Shown here: in pieces, positions 28,928 through 37,840 of the stretch
Numbering within the stretch: the first letter of the stretch is position 1
Layout: every line of letters begins with the position of its first letter
Source: Candidatus Lustribacter sp.
Lineage (GTDB): Bacteria; Vulcanimicrobiota; Vulcanimicrobiia; Vulcanimicrobiales; Vulcanimicrobiaceae
DNA: 64,000 bases
NCBI GenBank assembly: GCA_965277805.1
Contig: OZ255842.1
Location: forward strand, 768,001 to 832,000
Reading direction: 5' to 3'
The notes under the pieces: generated by a model
What the model was told of the DNA's origin: nothing
Database searches by the model: none
The model's input: the letters and a program-made list of their open reading frames with translations, nothing else
Program-made: the position numbers and the translations under genes

Positions 28928-29740
28928 CTACCTCGGCGGCCGTGGTACCGCGTCGGACGTTGCAACGCTTTCGGGCCAACCGGAAACGGTCGACGACGCG
29001 CTGACGTTCTCCTGGATGCCGGCATTCGCTTTCCACAGCGCGCCGATGAAGCGCCGTCCGCTGACGCCGTTCGATTCATCCGAGATCAAGTATCGAATCA
29101 ACGGGGCCATCACGCTCGGCTGGATCAGCTTGCTGCGATCGCGGACGGCGTCTTGGGCGACCATGCGCGTGTCGGCGCCTCCGCCCGGTAAGATGGCGTT
29201 GACGGTAACACCGGTATCGGCGAGGTCTTTTGCCCATATGGTGGTCATCGATTCGAGCGCGGCCTTGGATGGTCCGTACGGATGTTCGCCGCCGCGCGTC
29301 ATCGTGCGATAGCTCGTGACGTGATTGATGATGCGGCCCCAGCCTTGAGCGACGAGTCGCGGTGCGACGGCGCGCGCCATGAAGAATGGACCCGCCGTAT
29401 TGGTCGTCCAGATCGATTGCCATTGCTCGATCGACAGGTCATAGAATCGCTGCGGGTGAGCGCCGCCCGCGTCGTCGCGGGTGGTCGACAGATTCAGCCC
29501 GGCATTATTCACGAGGGCGTCGACCGTTCCGAAGTGCGCGACCGTCGCGGCAACGATCGCTTCGCACTCGGCGGCATCCCTAACGTCGCCGCGCGCGATC
29601 AGCAGCCCGTTGGTCTCGCGCAGCTCGCCGGGTCCGGAGCGGCCCACCGCAACGACGCTATGGCCGGCAGCGAGCAGCGCTTCCACCATGACGCGTCCCA
29701 AGCCGGCGGTGCCGCCGGTAACGATGACGACTCTTTTCAC
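28928..29740 (-). CDS. SDR family oxidoreductase
   Basis: TGGTAGLG, NNAG, YGPSK; start GTG 29740. Confidence 0.9.
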   Translation of the reverse strand: MKRVVIVTGGTAGLGRVMVEALLAAGHSVVAVGRSGPGELRETNGLLIARGDVRDAAECEAIVAATVAHFGTVDALVNNAGLNLSTTRDDAGGAHPQRFYDLSIEQWQSIWTTNTAGPFFMARAVAPRLVAQGWGRIINHVTSYRTMTRGGEHPYGPSKAALESMTTIWAKDLADTGVTVNAILPGGGADTRMVAQDAVRDRSKLIQPSVMAPLIRYLISDESNGVSGRRFIGALWKANAGIQENVSASSTVSGWPESVATSDAVPRPPR

Positions 29741-29765
29741 CGGGGCAAAACGCGTCGGCAGTTCT

Positions 29766-30788
29766 TTACGGGAGCCAAGCGATGGCGCGAACCTCGGGGA
29801 GTCTGCGCGGGGTTGCTGCCCAGGTTTCGCCGCCGTCGACGCTGCGATAAATCTGCCCGAGGTTGGTGACGGCAAAGATGAGCATCGGATCGGCCGGGTT
29901 CGTCGCGAGAAAATACATCGAGCTCTCGGGCTGCACCGGCAATGCGACGTCTTCCCAGGTCGATCCGTAGTCACGACTGCGAAAGAGCCGGCCGTTCGAA
30001 CCCGGCGGCCCGTTGCCGTTTGTGACGAAGACGACGCCAGAGTCGTCCGGGCGCTGGCGAAGCGTGCGAACGTATTGCCATTTCGAATCGAGCGGCTCGA
30101 GCGTCCAGGTTAATCCGGCGTCGCTGCTGCGGTGAATTCCATCGCACGTCGTCGCAAAGAAGACGGCGCACCCGGAGGCATCGCGCACCACGCTATAACC
30201 GTGGATGTCCTCGGTGACGAGGCCGGCAGAGACCTTGCTCCACGTTTGTCCCCCGTCGACGCTTCGCCACGTGCCGTCGATTTCAACGCCGGCGATCACG
30301 ATGTTGGGTTCGTCTGGATGAAAGACGACGTCGGTGACCCGGGCCCAGTGTTTCACATCGCTCGTTTCGGCCGAAGTTGCCTTCGCCGCGTTCTCACCGG
30401 CGTAGAATCCACTCGTGACGTAAGGCCGCATGTCCGTCGCAATGGGTTGCCACGTTTGACCGTCGTCGTCGGAGCGGAAGAGCGCCGCCGGTTGCGTTCC
30501 GGCGATGATCGACTTCGGGTTTGACGGATCGAACGCGAGTGCCGTAACGAGGCCGTTGTCCACCAGGTTGCCCAGGTGCTTCCACTGAGCCGAGTCCGGG
30601 TCGAGCCGGTACACGCCGCTGTTCGTGCCCGCGAGCAGCACGCCGGGTTGCGCCGGATGAACGGCGAGCGACCACACCTGACTGCCGCTATACATATCGC
30701 AGCCACTCGGCATGCGGGCGATCGTCTCGCCCATGTTCGAGCTACTCCAGACCGAAAGGCCGTTGGTTGCCACGTAGAGTGAGGGCAT
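29766..30788 (-). CDS. BNR/Asp-box repeat beta-propeller protein
   Basis: Repeated RSxDxGxTW boxes. Confidence 0.85.
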   Translation of the reverse strand: MPSLYVATNGLSVWSSSNMGETIARMPSGCDMYSGSQVWSLAVHPAQPGVLLAGTNSGVYRLDPDSAQWKHLGNLVDNGLVTALAFDPSNPKSIIAGTQPAALFRSDDDGQTWQPIATDMRPYVTSGFYAGENAAKATSAETSDVKHWARVTDVVFHPDEPNIVIAGVEIDGTWRSVDGGQTWSKVSAGLVTEDIHGYSVVRDASGCAVFFATTCDGIHRSSDAGLTWTLEPLDSKWQYVRTLRQRPDDSGVVFVTNGNGPPGSNGRLFRSRDYGSTWEDVALPVQPESSMYFLATNPADPMLIFAVTNLGQIYRSVDGGETWAATPRRLPEVRAIAWLP

Positions 30789-30859
30789 AGCGTATATCTT
30801 TCCTTTCTCAGGGAAGGAATCATCCTCAACAACGCTAACGCCCGGCCCGAGGAGGGCAA

Positions 30860-31891
30860 GTGATAGAAGCCGATATTCACCACGCGACCTTGCTCGTCGG
30901 AAGTTTTCCGTACCGTGATGCGCGCGAAACCTTGACGGCAAGCGGCCCGGCGCTCGCGGGTGTGGCGAAGCGGCTGAGCGACGGCGAAGCGCAGGGTTGG
31001 ACGATTTTTGCTGCGCGCACCATTCCGGACGGCGATGGAATCGAACCGGACACCGATTTTACGCAGTTGCCGAACCGGCGCGTCCAAAAGTACCGCGTGC
31101 GCAAAGACACGACGGCAGCCGGCGTGCGATTCAACTCGGCCGGTTACGAGGAGATCGTCGCGGCGTCGTACGCGGTGTTTTGCGAGCTGCGCGACGCCGG
31201 AGTGATCGCACCGGGTACCCGGCTTCAGCAGAGCCTGCCGACGCCGCTCGGCGTCGTCGGTCAGCACTTCGGGGCCGCGGATATACCGGTCGTGCTCGAT
31301 GCGTTTCAAGCGGCGCATTTTGCCGACGTGGAGCGGCTTCTCGCGCGGGTGCCGCACGGCGATCTTGCGCTTCAATGGGATGTGGCGGTTGAGGTCGTCT
31401 CTTCGCTCGAACAGCTAGATCCGGTGTTTGCCGACCTCTATCCCCTCGAGAAGGTCGCGAGCCGGATCGCAACGGCTGTCGACCTCATCCCATCCGGCGT
31501 TGAGGTCGGCATTCATTTATGCTATGGCAACCCGGGCGGTCACCACATTATCGAGCCGCGCGATCTTGCGAATGTCGTCGCGCTCGCCAACGCGGTTGCG
31601 AAGAGCGTTCACCGTCAGTTGAATTGGGTACACATGCCCGTCCCGATCGATCGAGATGATCTCGCGTACTTTGCGCCGCTACGGGATCTCATGCTCGATA
31701 GCAAGACGGAACTGTATCTGGGGCTCGTACATCTTGGTGACGGTGTCGAGGGTGGAAGGCGACGGATGCGCGCGGCAAAGGCGGCGCGTTTGAACTTCGG
31801 CATCGCGACCGAGTGCGGGTTCCGCTATGTCCCGGTGGCGGAGGTTCCAAAGCTGCTGGAGTTGCACCGTACGCTGGGCCGGCTGGAATAA
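30860..31891 (+). CDS. Cobalamin-independent methionine synthase II-like Zn TIM-barrel protein
   Basis: LVGSFP, QWD, HLCYG, LYLGLV, TECG. Confidence 0.7.
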   Translation: MIEADIHHATLLVGSFPYRDARETLTASGPALAGVAKRLSDGEAQGWTIFAARTIPDGDGIEPDTDFTQLPNRRVQKYRVRKDTTAAGVRFNSAGYEEIVAASYAVFCELRDAGVIAPGTRLQQSLPTPLGVVGQHFGAADIPVVLDAFQAAHFADVERLLARVPHGDLALQWDVAVEVVSSLEQLDPVFADLYPLEKVASRIATAVDLIPSGVEVGIHLCYGNPGGHHIIEPRDLANVVALANAVAKSVHRQLNWVHMPVPIDRDDLAYFAPLRDLMLDSKTELYLGLVHLGDGVEGGRRRMRAAKAARLNFGIATECGFRYVPVAEVPKLLELHRTLGRLE

Positions 31892-31904
31892 GGAGAAGAT
31901 CGCA

Positions 31905-32822
31905 ATGAGTAGTGCCGCAACGACGGTTTGGAACAAGAACTATACGACACGAAAAGGCGACGTCGAGCTGGCCGTGTACCGGAAGCGGGCCGGTGCTCCG
32001 GCAGGCGACGAGACGCCACTGCCGGTGCTGCTGCTCGTGCACGGATCGTCGATCTCAGCGCTGCCAACCTACGACCTGACCGTCCCCGATGCCGGCCAAT
32101 ACTCCGTGATGGATGTTTTCGCCGGCTATGGCTTCGATGTGTGGGCGGTCGATTGTGAGAATTACGGACGCTCGGCTCGCACGAGCGGAACATCGGATAT
32201 CTCGAGCGGCGCGGACGACATCTTTACGGCCGTCGAACTGATCAAAGCGGAGACCGGCGCGCTGCGCGTCCACCTTTTTGGCGAATCATCGGGCGCGCTG
32301 CGCGTCGCCCTTTTCGCCGCGCGTTATCCCGAACGCGTCGAGCGCATCGTGCTTTCCGCCTACACCTACACCGGCAAAGGGTCGCCGACGCTGTCGAAGC
32401 GTGCTCTCGATGTCGAACGATTTCGCGCGAATCCGCGTCGTACCCGTGACCAATCGATGATCGATAGCATTTTCGAACGCGATAAACCGGGCACGTCCGT
32501 GCCGCAAATCGCTCAGGCGATCGGGGCGATCGAACTGCAATTCGGAGACCAAGTGCCGACCGGCACGTATCTCGATATGGTCGCGAATCTGCCGACGGTC
32601 GAACCGGAGCAACTGCGCAATCCCGTCATGATGATCACCGGGGAGTTCGATGGGATCTCGACGATGGAAGACCTGCTCGAATTTTACGCAAAGTTGCGGG
32701 CAGAAAAGCAATTCATCGTTATGCCGGCAACGGCGCACTCCGTGGTGTGGGCGAAGAACCGCCATCTTTTCTGGCACTGGATGAAGGCGTTCCTCACGGA
32801 GCCCGCCTACGAACCCGTCTAA
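31905..32822 (+). CDS. Alpha/beta hydrolase
   Basis: VHGS, NYGRS, GESSG nucleophile elbow, GEFD, AH. Confidence 0.85.
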   Translation: MSSAATTVWNKNYTTRKGDVELAVYRKRAGAPAGDETPLPVLLLVHGSSISALPTYDLTVPDAGQYSVMDVFAGYGFDVWAVDCENYGRSARTSGTSDISSGADDIFTAVELIKAETGALRVHLFGESSGALRVALFAARYPERVERIVLSAYTYTGKGSPTLSKRALDVERFRANPRRTRDQSMIDSIFERDKPGTSVPQIAQAIGAIELQFGDQVPTGTYLDMVANLPTVEPEQLRNPVMMITGEFDGISTMEDLLEFYAKLRAEKQFIVMPATAHSVVWAKNRHLFWHWMKAFLTEPAYEPV

Positions 32823-32823
32823 T

Positions 32824-33456
32824 GTGCCCAAGCGTCCGCCGGGCCGGCCGCGCGACGACGTCCAACGTACGGCCTTGATCAACGAGACGCTACGCCTATT
32901 GCAAACGACGCCACCGTCGCATTTGACGCGCTTGGATATCGCCCGCGCTGCCGGTGTGGACCCGGCTCTGATTCGCTACTATTTCGGCGATAAGTATAAG
33001 CTATTCGCGGAGGTTATCGCGTTGATCGCAGCCGAAATCGAACGGGGCGGAACGGAGGCGCTCACGAGCGAGGGTACTCCGAAGGAACGAATTGCGCGAT
33101 TGGTGCGTGCAAGCCACGACGTTCATCGCCGCTACCCCCATTATCACCAATTAATCTTAGATCAGATCATTCGCGGGCGTCCGGAGACGGTCCAACGGAT
33201 CCGTGCCGAGATGAGTGCCAGTCTGCGAAAAGGTTTGCTCGAGGTGATGCAGGAGGGCGCGGCGCGCGGAGATCTCCGAGTGGTTGACCCCGGTCATCTC
33301 GGTATTGCGATCATCGGCATGTGTGAGTATTTCAGCTCCGGCTGGGGACCGGTTTCGGCGCTCCTTGGAGAATCGCCGGAAGCTGGACGCGATGAATCCG
33401 CGGAACTCTACGGACAATTCATGGAAGAGCTTATCGTGCGCTCCCTCGCACCGTGA
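32824..33456 (+). CDS. TetR/AcrR family transcriptional regulator
   Basis: PGRP...IARAAGVDPALIRYYFGDK. Confidence 0.92.
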   Translation: MPKRPPGRPRDDVQRTALINETLRLLQTTPPSHLTRLDIARAAGVDPALIRYYFGDKYKLFAEVIALIAAEIERGGTEALTSEGTPKERIARLVRASHDVHRRYPHYHQLILDQIIRGRPETVQRIRAEMSASLRKGLLEVMQEGAARGDLRVVDPGHLGIAIIGMCEYFSSGWGPVSALLGESPEAGRDESAELYGQFMEELIVRSLAP

Positions 33457-33477
33457 TATAGAACATGAACTGCCGCG

Positions 33478-33753
33478 TCAATTGCCTGCTTCGCGCGGGT
33501 GGTCGATCACGACGGCGCGCAGCGCCAGCTCAAGCGCGACCCTCAGGAGCGCGATGCCCGTATCCAAGACCGGTGACGTCTCGGCGAGCCATGCGCGGTT
33601 CTCGCTGAGGTAGATGTCGAGCACAACGCGCGCGATCAAGGCCGGCTCTTCATTTGCGGAAACGCGTCGGGCAGACTGCGCGCTTACGATCAACCCGGTC
33701 AACCGCCTCGGTGTGCTGGAAGACGTCGACGCAATCGGTGCGAACGAGCGCAT
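33478..33753 (-). CDS. Hypothetical protein
   Basis: Short ORF filling the gap downstream of an SBP gene; no motif recognised. Confidence 0.3.
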   Translation of the reverse strand: MRSFAPIASTSSSTPRRLTGLIVSAQSARRVSANEEPALIARVVLDIYLSENRAWLAETSPVLDTGIALLRVALELALRAVVIDHPREAGN

Positions 33754-33820
33754 GATCGACCGCGGCCCGCTGCAAAACGATCTCTCCGCAAAAGCCGCCG
33801 TCGCTCAACTAAGCTTGAGT

Positions 33821-34750
33821 CTAGTGACCGTTCCAAATCATCTGCGCGGCCGGGACGCTTTCATCCATCGCTCCGTACTTTACCGACGCGTCGATACCAG
33901 GCTGTAGCAGGGCAGGGTCCAATGACGTCGCTAACGCCGCGCGCGCCATTGAGTTCGCCACCGCCGGGTCGAGCTTCGAGTAACGCACGAGTATGGCAGC
34001 CGATTCCTTCGGATGCGCGTTGCCCCACGCACTCGCCTTGTTCAGGGCGGAGACGAACTTTCTCGCGAGCTCGGGATTCGCAGCCAGCCACGAATTGCTC
34101 GCCGCATAGGCGACGGCAATAAATTTGGGCGCGATGCCGTCGAGCACGTTGCCCAGAGAGCGCACCGCCGAACTGCAGGTCGTAATGAAGGGTTTGACCG
34201 TCGCACCGGCATCGATGCGTCCGCTCTCAACGGCGGAACACATCTGCGGAAACGGCACCTCGACGAACTTGATCGACTTCGAATCACCACCGTGATGATC
34301 GACCCACGACATCACCGCCACTTGCTGCATCGTCTTGATGCCCGCGATCCCGACCGTCTTGCCGTTGAGATCCGCCGCCGATTTGTACGGCGCGCCGCTC
34401 TTAACGAGAATGACATTGTCCCGCGAAGCCGTGCTTTCCATCCCTCCGGCTGCGATGAGTTTGAGCGGGATGCCGTGCTGATATGCGGTCGCCAGCGATG
34501 AGATCGCGCCGCCCGCAACGTCGACCGAACCACCGGCCAGCGCCGCAACCCCGCTCGCTGCGTTCTGGCCGCCGGTAAATTCAACGGTTATCCCGACGTC
34601 CTTGAAATAGCCGAGGTCCTGTGCATAATACACGTTCCCGATCGTATCGAGCGGCGCCGCCGCCACCCGCACGACGGTCAATTGCTGCGCGCCGGCTTGG
34701 ACCATCGTTCCGGCCAGCAATGCAAATAACGAAACAATGAAGCGCTTCAT
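33821..34750 (-). CDS. ABC substrate-binding protein (SsuA/NMT1-like)
   Basis: MKRFIVSLF signal; YAQDLGYFKDVG; AADLNGKTVG. Confidence 0.87.
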   Translation of the reverse strand: MKRFIVSLFALLAGTMVQAGAQQLTVVRVAAAPLDTIGNVYYAQDLGYFKDVGITVEFTGGQNAASGVAALAGGSVDVAGGAISSLATAYQHGIPLKLIAAGGMESTASRDNVILVKSGAPYKSAADLNGKTVGIAGIKTMQQVAVMSWVDHHGGDSKSIKFVEVPFPQMCSAVESGRIDAGATVKPFITTCSSAVRSLGNVLDGIAPKFIAVAYAASNSWLAANPELARKFVSALNKASAWGNAHPKESAAILVRYSKLDPAVANSMARAALATSLDPALLQPGIDASVKYGAMDESVPAAQMIWNGH

Positions 34751-34869
34751 GGCTGACGGTTTCCCCTCCCGAAGACGTCGCGGAAAACTCCTCGACAATA
34801 CCGAAAATAGTCGTCCGGCGCCAGCCGGTAGCGACCGTAGCCGACGTGGACCGCAGTTCGACCATGCGA

Positions 34870-35287
34870 GGCGAAACCTCGGCATCGCGCGGCTCGAACA
34901 TGCCCGCTCCCGATGTCGCTGCAAGCGCGGCCAAGTGTCCGCCGGCAGAGGAGCCCCCAGAGGCCGTCCGCTCAGGATCGTAACCGTACGACGCGGCGCT
35001 GCGGCGCAACCAGCGGATGCTCATTTTAACATCCTCGATCTGCGCGGGAAAAACCGCCTCGTTTCTCAGACGGTGATCGATGCTTGCCACGGCAAATCCC
35101 GATCGCTCGCAGAACGCCGCCAGATCCGGAGAGAGCGTGCGGTTCCCGTGTCTCCAGCCGCCGCCGTGGATAAAGACGACGAGCGGAACAGGCTCGACAC
35201 GTTGAGCGGGGACGTAGATGTCGAGGCGTAAGTCCGCATGTTCGGGCGAAAGCCGACATCGGGGTATTGCTCGAGCGCCACGTTCAT
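34870..35287 (-). pseudogene. Truncated, frameshifted HSL-family esterase (alpha/beta hydrolase)
   Basis: LDIYVP, IHGGGW, GSSAGGHLA present but no C-terminal half; the likely N-terminus MNVALEQYPDV is in another frame. Confidence 0.7.
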
Positions 35288-35552
35288 AAATTCCTCGTCG
35301 GCCTGGACGCGATCTTATGAGGCAACGTACGTTTTGAAACCATCTCGAGAAGCCCATGCGCTTTCGCTAGCCTGCGAGTCGATCGACGCTTTATCGGCGT
35401 TGCAGCTGTGCTCGCAGAAACCCGGATCGTAAGTGTGGCTCTTTTCATTCGTTCGAGCGCTACGCTGTCCTGATCGAACACACGACGTAACGCATAGCGG
35501 AAGAACGCAGTCGTATGGGCACATTCGCGACTCCCGATATAGAAAAAACCCC

Positions 35553-35572
35553 GCCCCAACGGGATTCGAACC
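35553..35572 (-). repeat. att-site direct repeat (copy of the tRNA-Glu 3' end)
   Basis: GCCCCAACGGGATTCGAACC identical to 39927-39946. Confidence 0.9.
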
Positions 35573-35689
35573 GCTCAACACGGGTCCCGGCCGCTCCCGT
35601 TGGGTCCTCGAAAACCTTGCTACGTGAGGGTTTCTAGCGTCCGGGCGTCCTTTCGAGTCCCCTCGAAATTCGCCTAAAACCGTCGAGTC

Positions 35690-35707
35690 TGTGTCACCGT
35701 TGTGTCA
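35690..35707 (+). repeat. TGTGTCA-N4-TGTGTCA, candidate integrase arm sites (left)
   Basis: Same arrangement at 39846-39863. Confidence 0.7.
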
Positions 35708-36092
35708 CGACTTGGCGCACCGTTGCCTGGTGGCCGAGGCGGTCCTGGACCGTTGTAAGCGGAAGCCAAGCCGCCACCCGTTTGGGGGAGCACTTCCGTG
35801 AAGGAACGCGTTCGGGAATGGGCGGTCGAAGCGGGCCCTGTCGCTATGGGCTTCGGATTGGTAGTGGGCGGCATTATCTTTGTCGTCTGGTTGATTATGG
35901 CGTCGGAACGTCCCCTCGAATTGCTAGGCACATTTTTTCCGACCTTTTTAGGCCCGGCACCTGATGGACGAATTTGCCGCAAAGTGCGCCACCCGCAGTC
36001 CCGTTTATCGTCTTGCCGTTCGCAGTTGTCTTTTTCTGTGGGCTCGCTCGCGGACTTCTTGCGATTCGCAAAGCGCGTGCGATGCCTCCAGA

Positions 36093-36455
36093 ATGAAAAG
36101 CGCACTGGAGCGCCTTGCGGGCGCGCTTTCTAAGATGATAGCGAATGGAGTCGTGGGGATCGTTGGCCTGGCAGTAGTCCTTGCGATCGGTGCTTACGCC
36201 CTCTACGTCTTGTTCAGCGTCATTTACTTCGGTGGCAAATTCCTCATCGACACGGGGAATACGCTCGTTTGGCTGGTGCGTCACCCTCTTGAATTCGTGG
36301 TCGCCGTTGTTACGGGCGTATGGGACTTCGCGTCGACTTATATCATCGGAATGCTAGTACTCGGTCTTTTCTTCGCGGTCGGGTCGTGGCTGTTCGGTCT
36401 TGGCGAGAAGACTGCGGGCCCTATTGTTCAATTTCTGGACCGTCGACTGAAATAG
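36093..36455 (+). CDS. Hypothetical membrane protein
   Basis: Hydrophobic ORF from ATG 36093. Confidence 0.55.
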   Translation: MKSALERLAGALSKMIANGVVGIVGLAVVLAIGAYALYVLFSVIYFGGKFLIDTGNTLVWLVRHPLEFVVAVVTGVWDFASTYIIGMLVLGLFFAVGSWLFGLGEKTAGPIVQFLDRRLK

Positions 36456-36536
36456 TCCACTGTGGCTAGTATTTGTCGCTTTGGACGCGAGGTGCGCGGA
36501 TGACCGGACCGAATTTGCAAGAGGCGAGATCAACGT

Positions 36537-36794
36537 ATGCATCCTGAACTTGACGCACTTGGTAAAACCTACGCTGAGAAGCAAGTCGCGTTTATAGAGG
36601 TTAATCGACTGCTCGACGAATCGTCGGATAAACTTGTGACAACGAGTGTTTTTGATCCGGCCTTCTACGCACTGTCAGACGAACACACAAAGCGATTTGA
36701 AGCGTGGAGCAAGGTTGTCCATGAAATAAATGACGCCGCCCATCGCCTCGGAATCCGTGCACAAGAATTAGCAAATGAACAGCGACGTATGTAG
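36537..36794 (+). CDS. Hypothetical helical protein
   Basis: 85-aa ORF with upstream GAGG. Confidence 0.5.
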   Translation: MHPELDALGKTYAEKQVAFIEVNRLLDESSDKLVTTSVFDPAFYALSDEHTKRFEAWSKVVHEINDAAHRLGIRAQELANEQRRM

Positions 36795-36799
36795 CGCCC

Positions 36800-37304
36800 T
36801 CAATGTGTAAACGGACAACTGCATAGTTCAATAGCGGTGGGCGTCTCAGCGCGTAAATTCACGCCGAGGTTAGCCTCATCTACTCTTTCGAAATCCACGA
36901 GAAACGGCTTGTCTTTGAACCCGATGACTTCAATCCGGGTCTTCCCAGACCGCAACTTCTTGATTGCGCCGACCGCCGCTCTCTCATTGTTGGGCAGTAC
37001 GATGACCCCGTTCATGCAACGGTTCCCACTGAACCCCATCACAAGGGCGTGAAATGCGTTCGCCTTCCCGATCATCGCGTAGTCCGATGTGACGATGCAG
37101 GCCTGCCGCTCGAATGCCAATTGCAAAATGTGCGCGAAGTCCTCGTCTTCGCTGTGCGAGCCTTTGTAGGTGGCCTTCGGCATCGTCGTCTTCGAGTCGA
37201 TCATCATTGCCGGGTAGAACCGACATAAAGGCTTGGGCGTTGAAATTCTTGTCGATCACGAAAAGATGCTGCGGATAGAGTTCGGTCGACTGCCGCTTTC
37301 CCAT
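36800..37304 (-). pseudogene. Probable PIN-like (DUF5615/VapC45-type) protein split by a frameshift
   Basis: FVIDKN in one frame; EDEDFAHILQLAFERQACIVTSD in the adjacent frame. Confidence 0.45.
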
Positions 37305-37840
37305 ACGTAGAAATTCGCTCGAAATACCGGGTAGTCTTTCGGGTCTACCGGTAGACCGTTATGCAAGTCAGGGGTCACTGAAATGAGCATTGAATCACCA
37401 AACCCTGAAACGCAGGCCTGTTCCGCACTAAACTGAGCCTGAACCGACCCACACGAAACCCCAACAAAACAGGCTGATTCACCCAAGCCTGCCCGCATGA
37501 TCCCAGCGTGAAGCCGTTCTATGAGGCGGGTCCTGTATTTTGGACCACTTGTGACCACGAAAGCGGTGTGCGCTTTATGGGTTCCGGCGTTTTCATTGAG
37601 GCCACGTTATCGCCAAAAATGTTGCCCTGTGACGTGTCAATGTTCCTGAGACGGACGAGAACACTCGAACGGGACCTAGCGCCTCACACAGAGCCCGCAA
37701 GGGGCCTCTATGTGGCTCTTGGCGACCTGCCCCCGATCATCTTTGGATCACACGAAGGACGCGATCCAAAACAGGCACAATCGGTTTGTGGCTCATTACT
37801 GCGCGCTATGCGCGCTGGTCGTTGAAGGTGGCGACGCAAA

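Noticed and set aside
35553-35615. Additional tRNA gene at the left island end
   Set aside because: Only the T-arm/acceptor 3' fragment is present; it is the att copy
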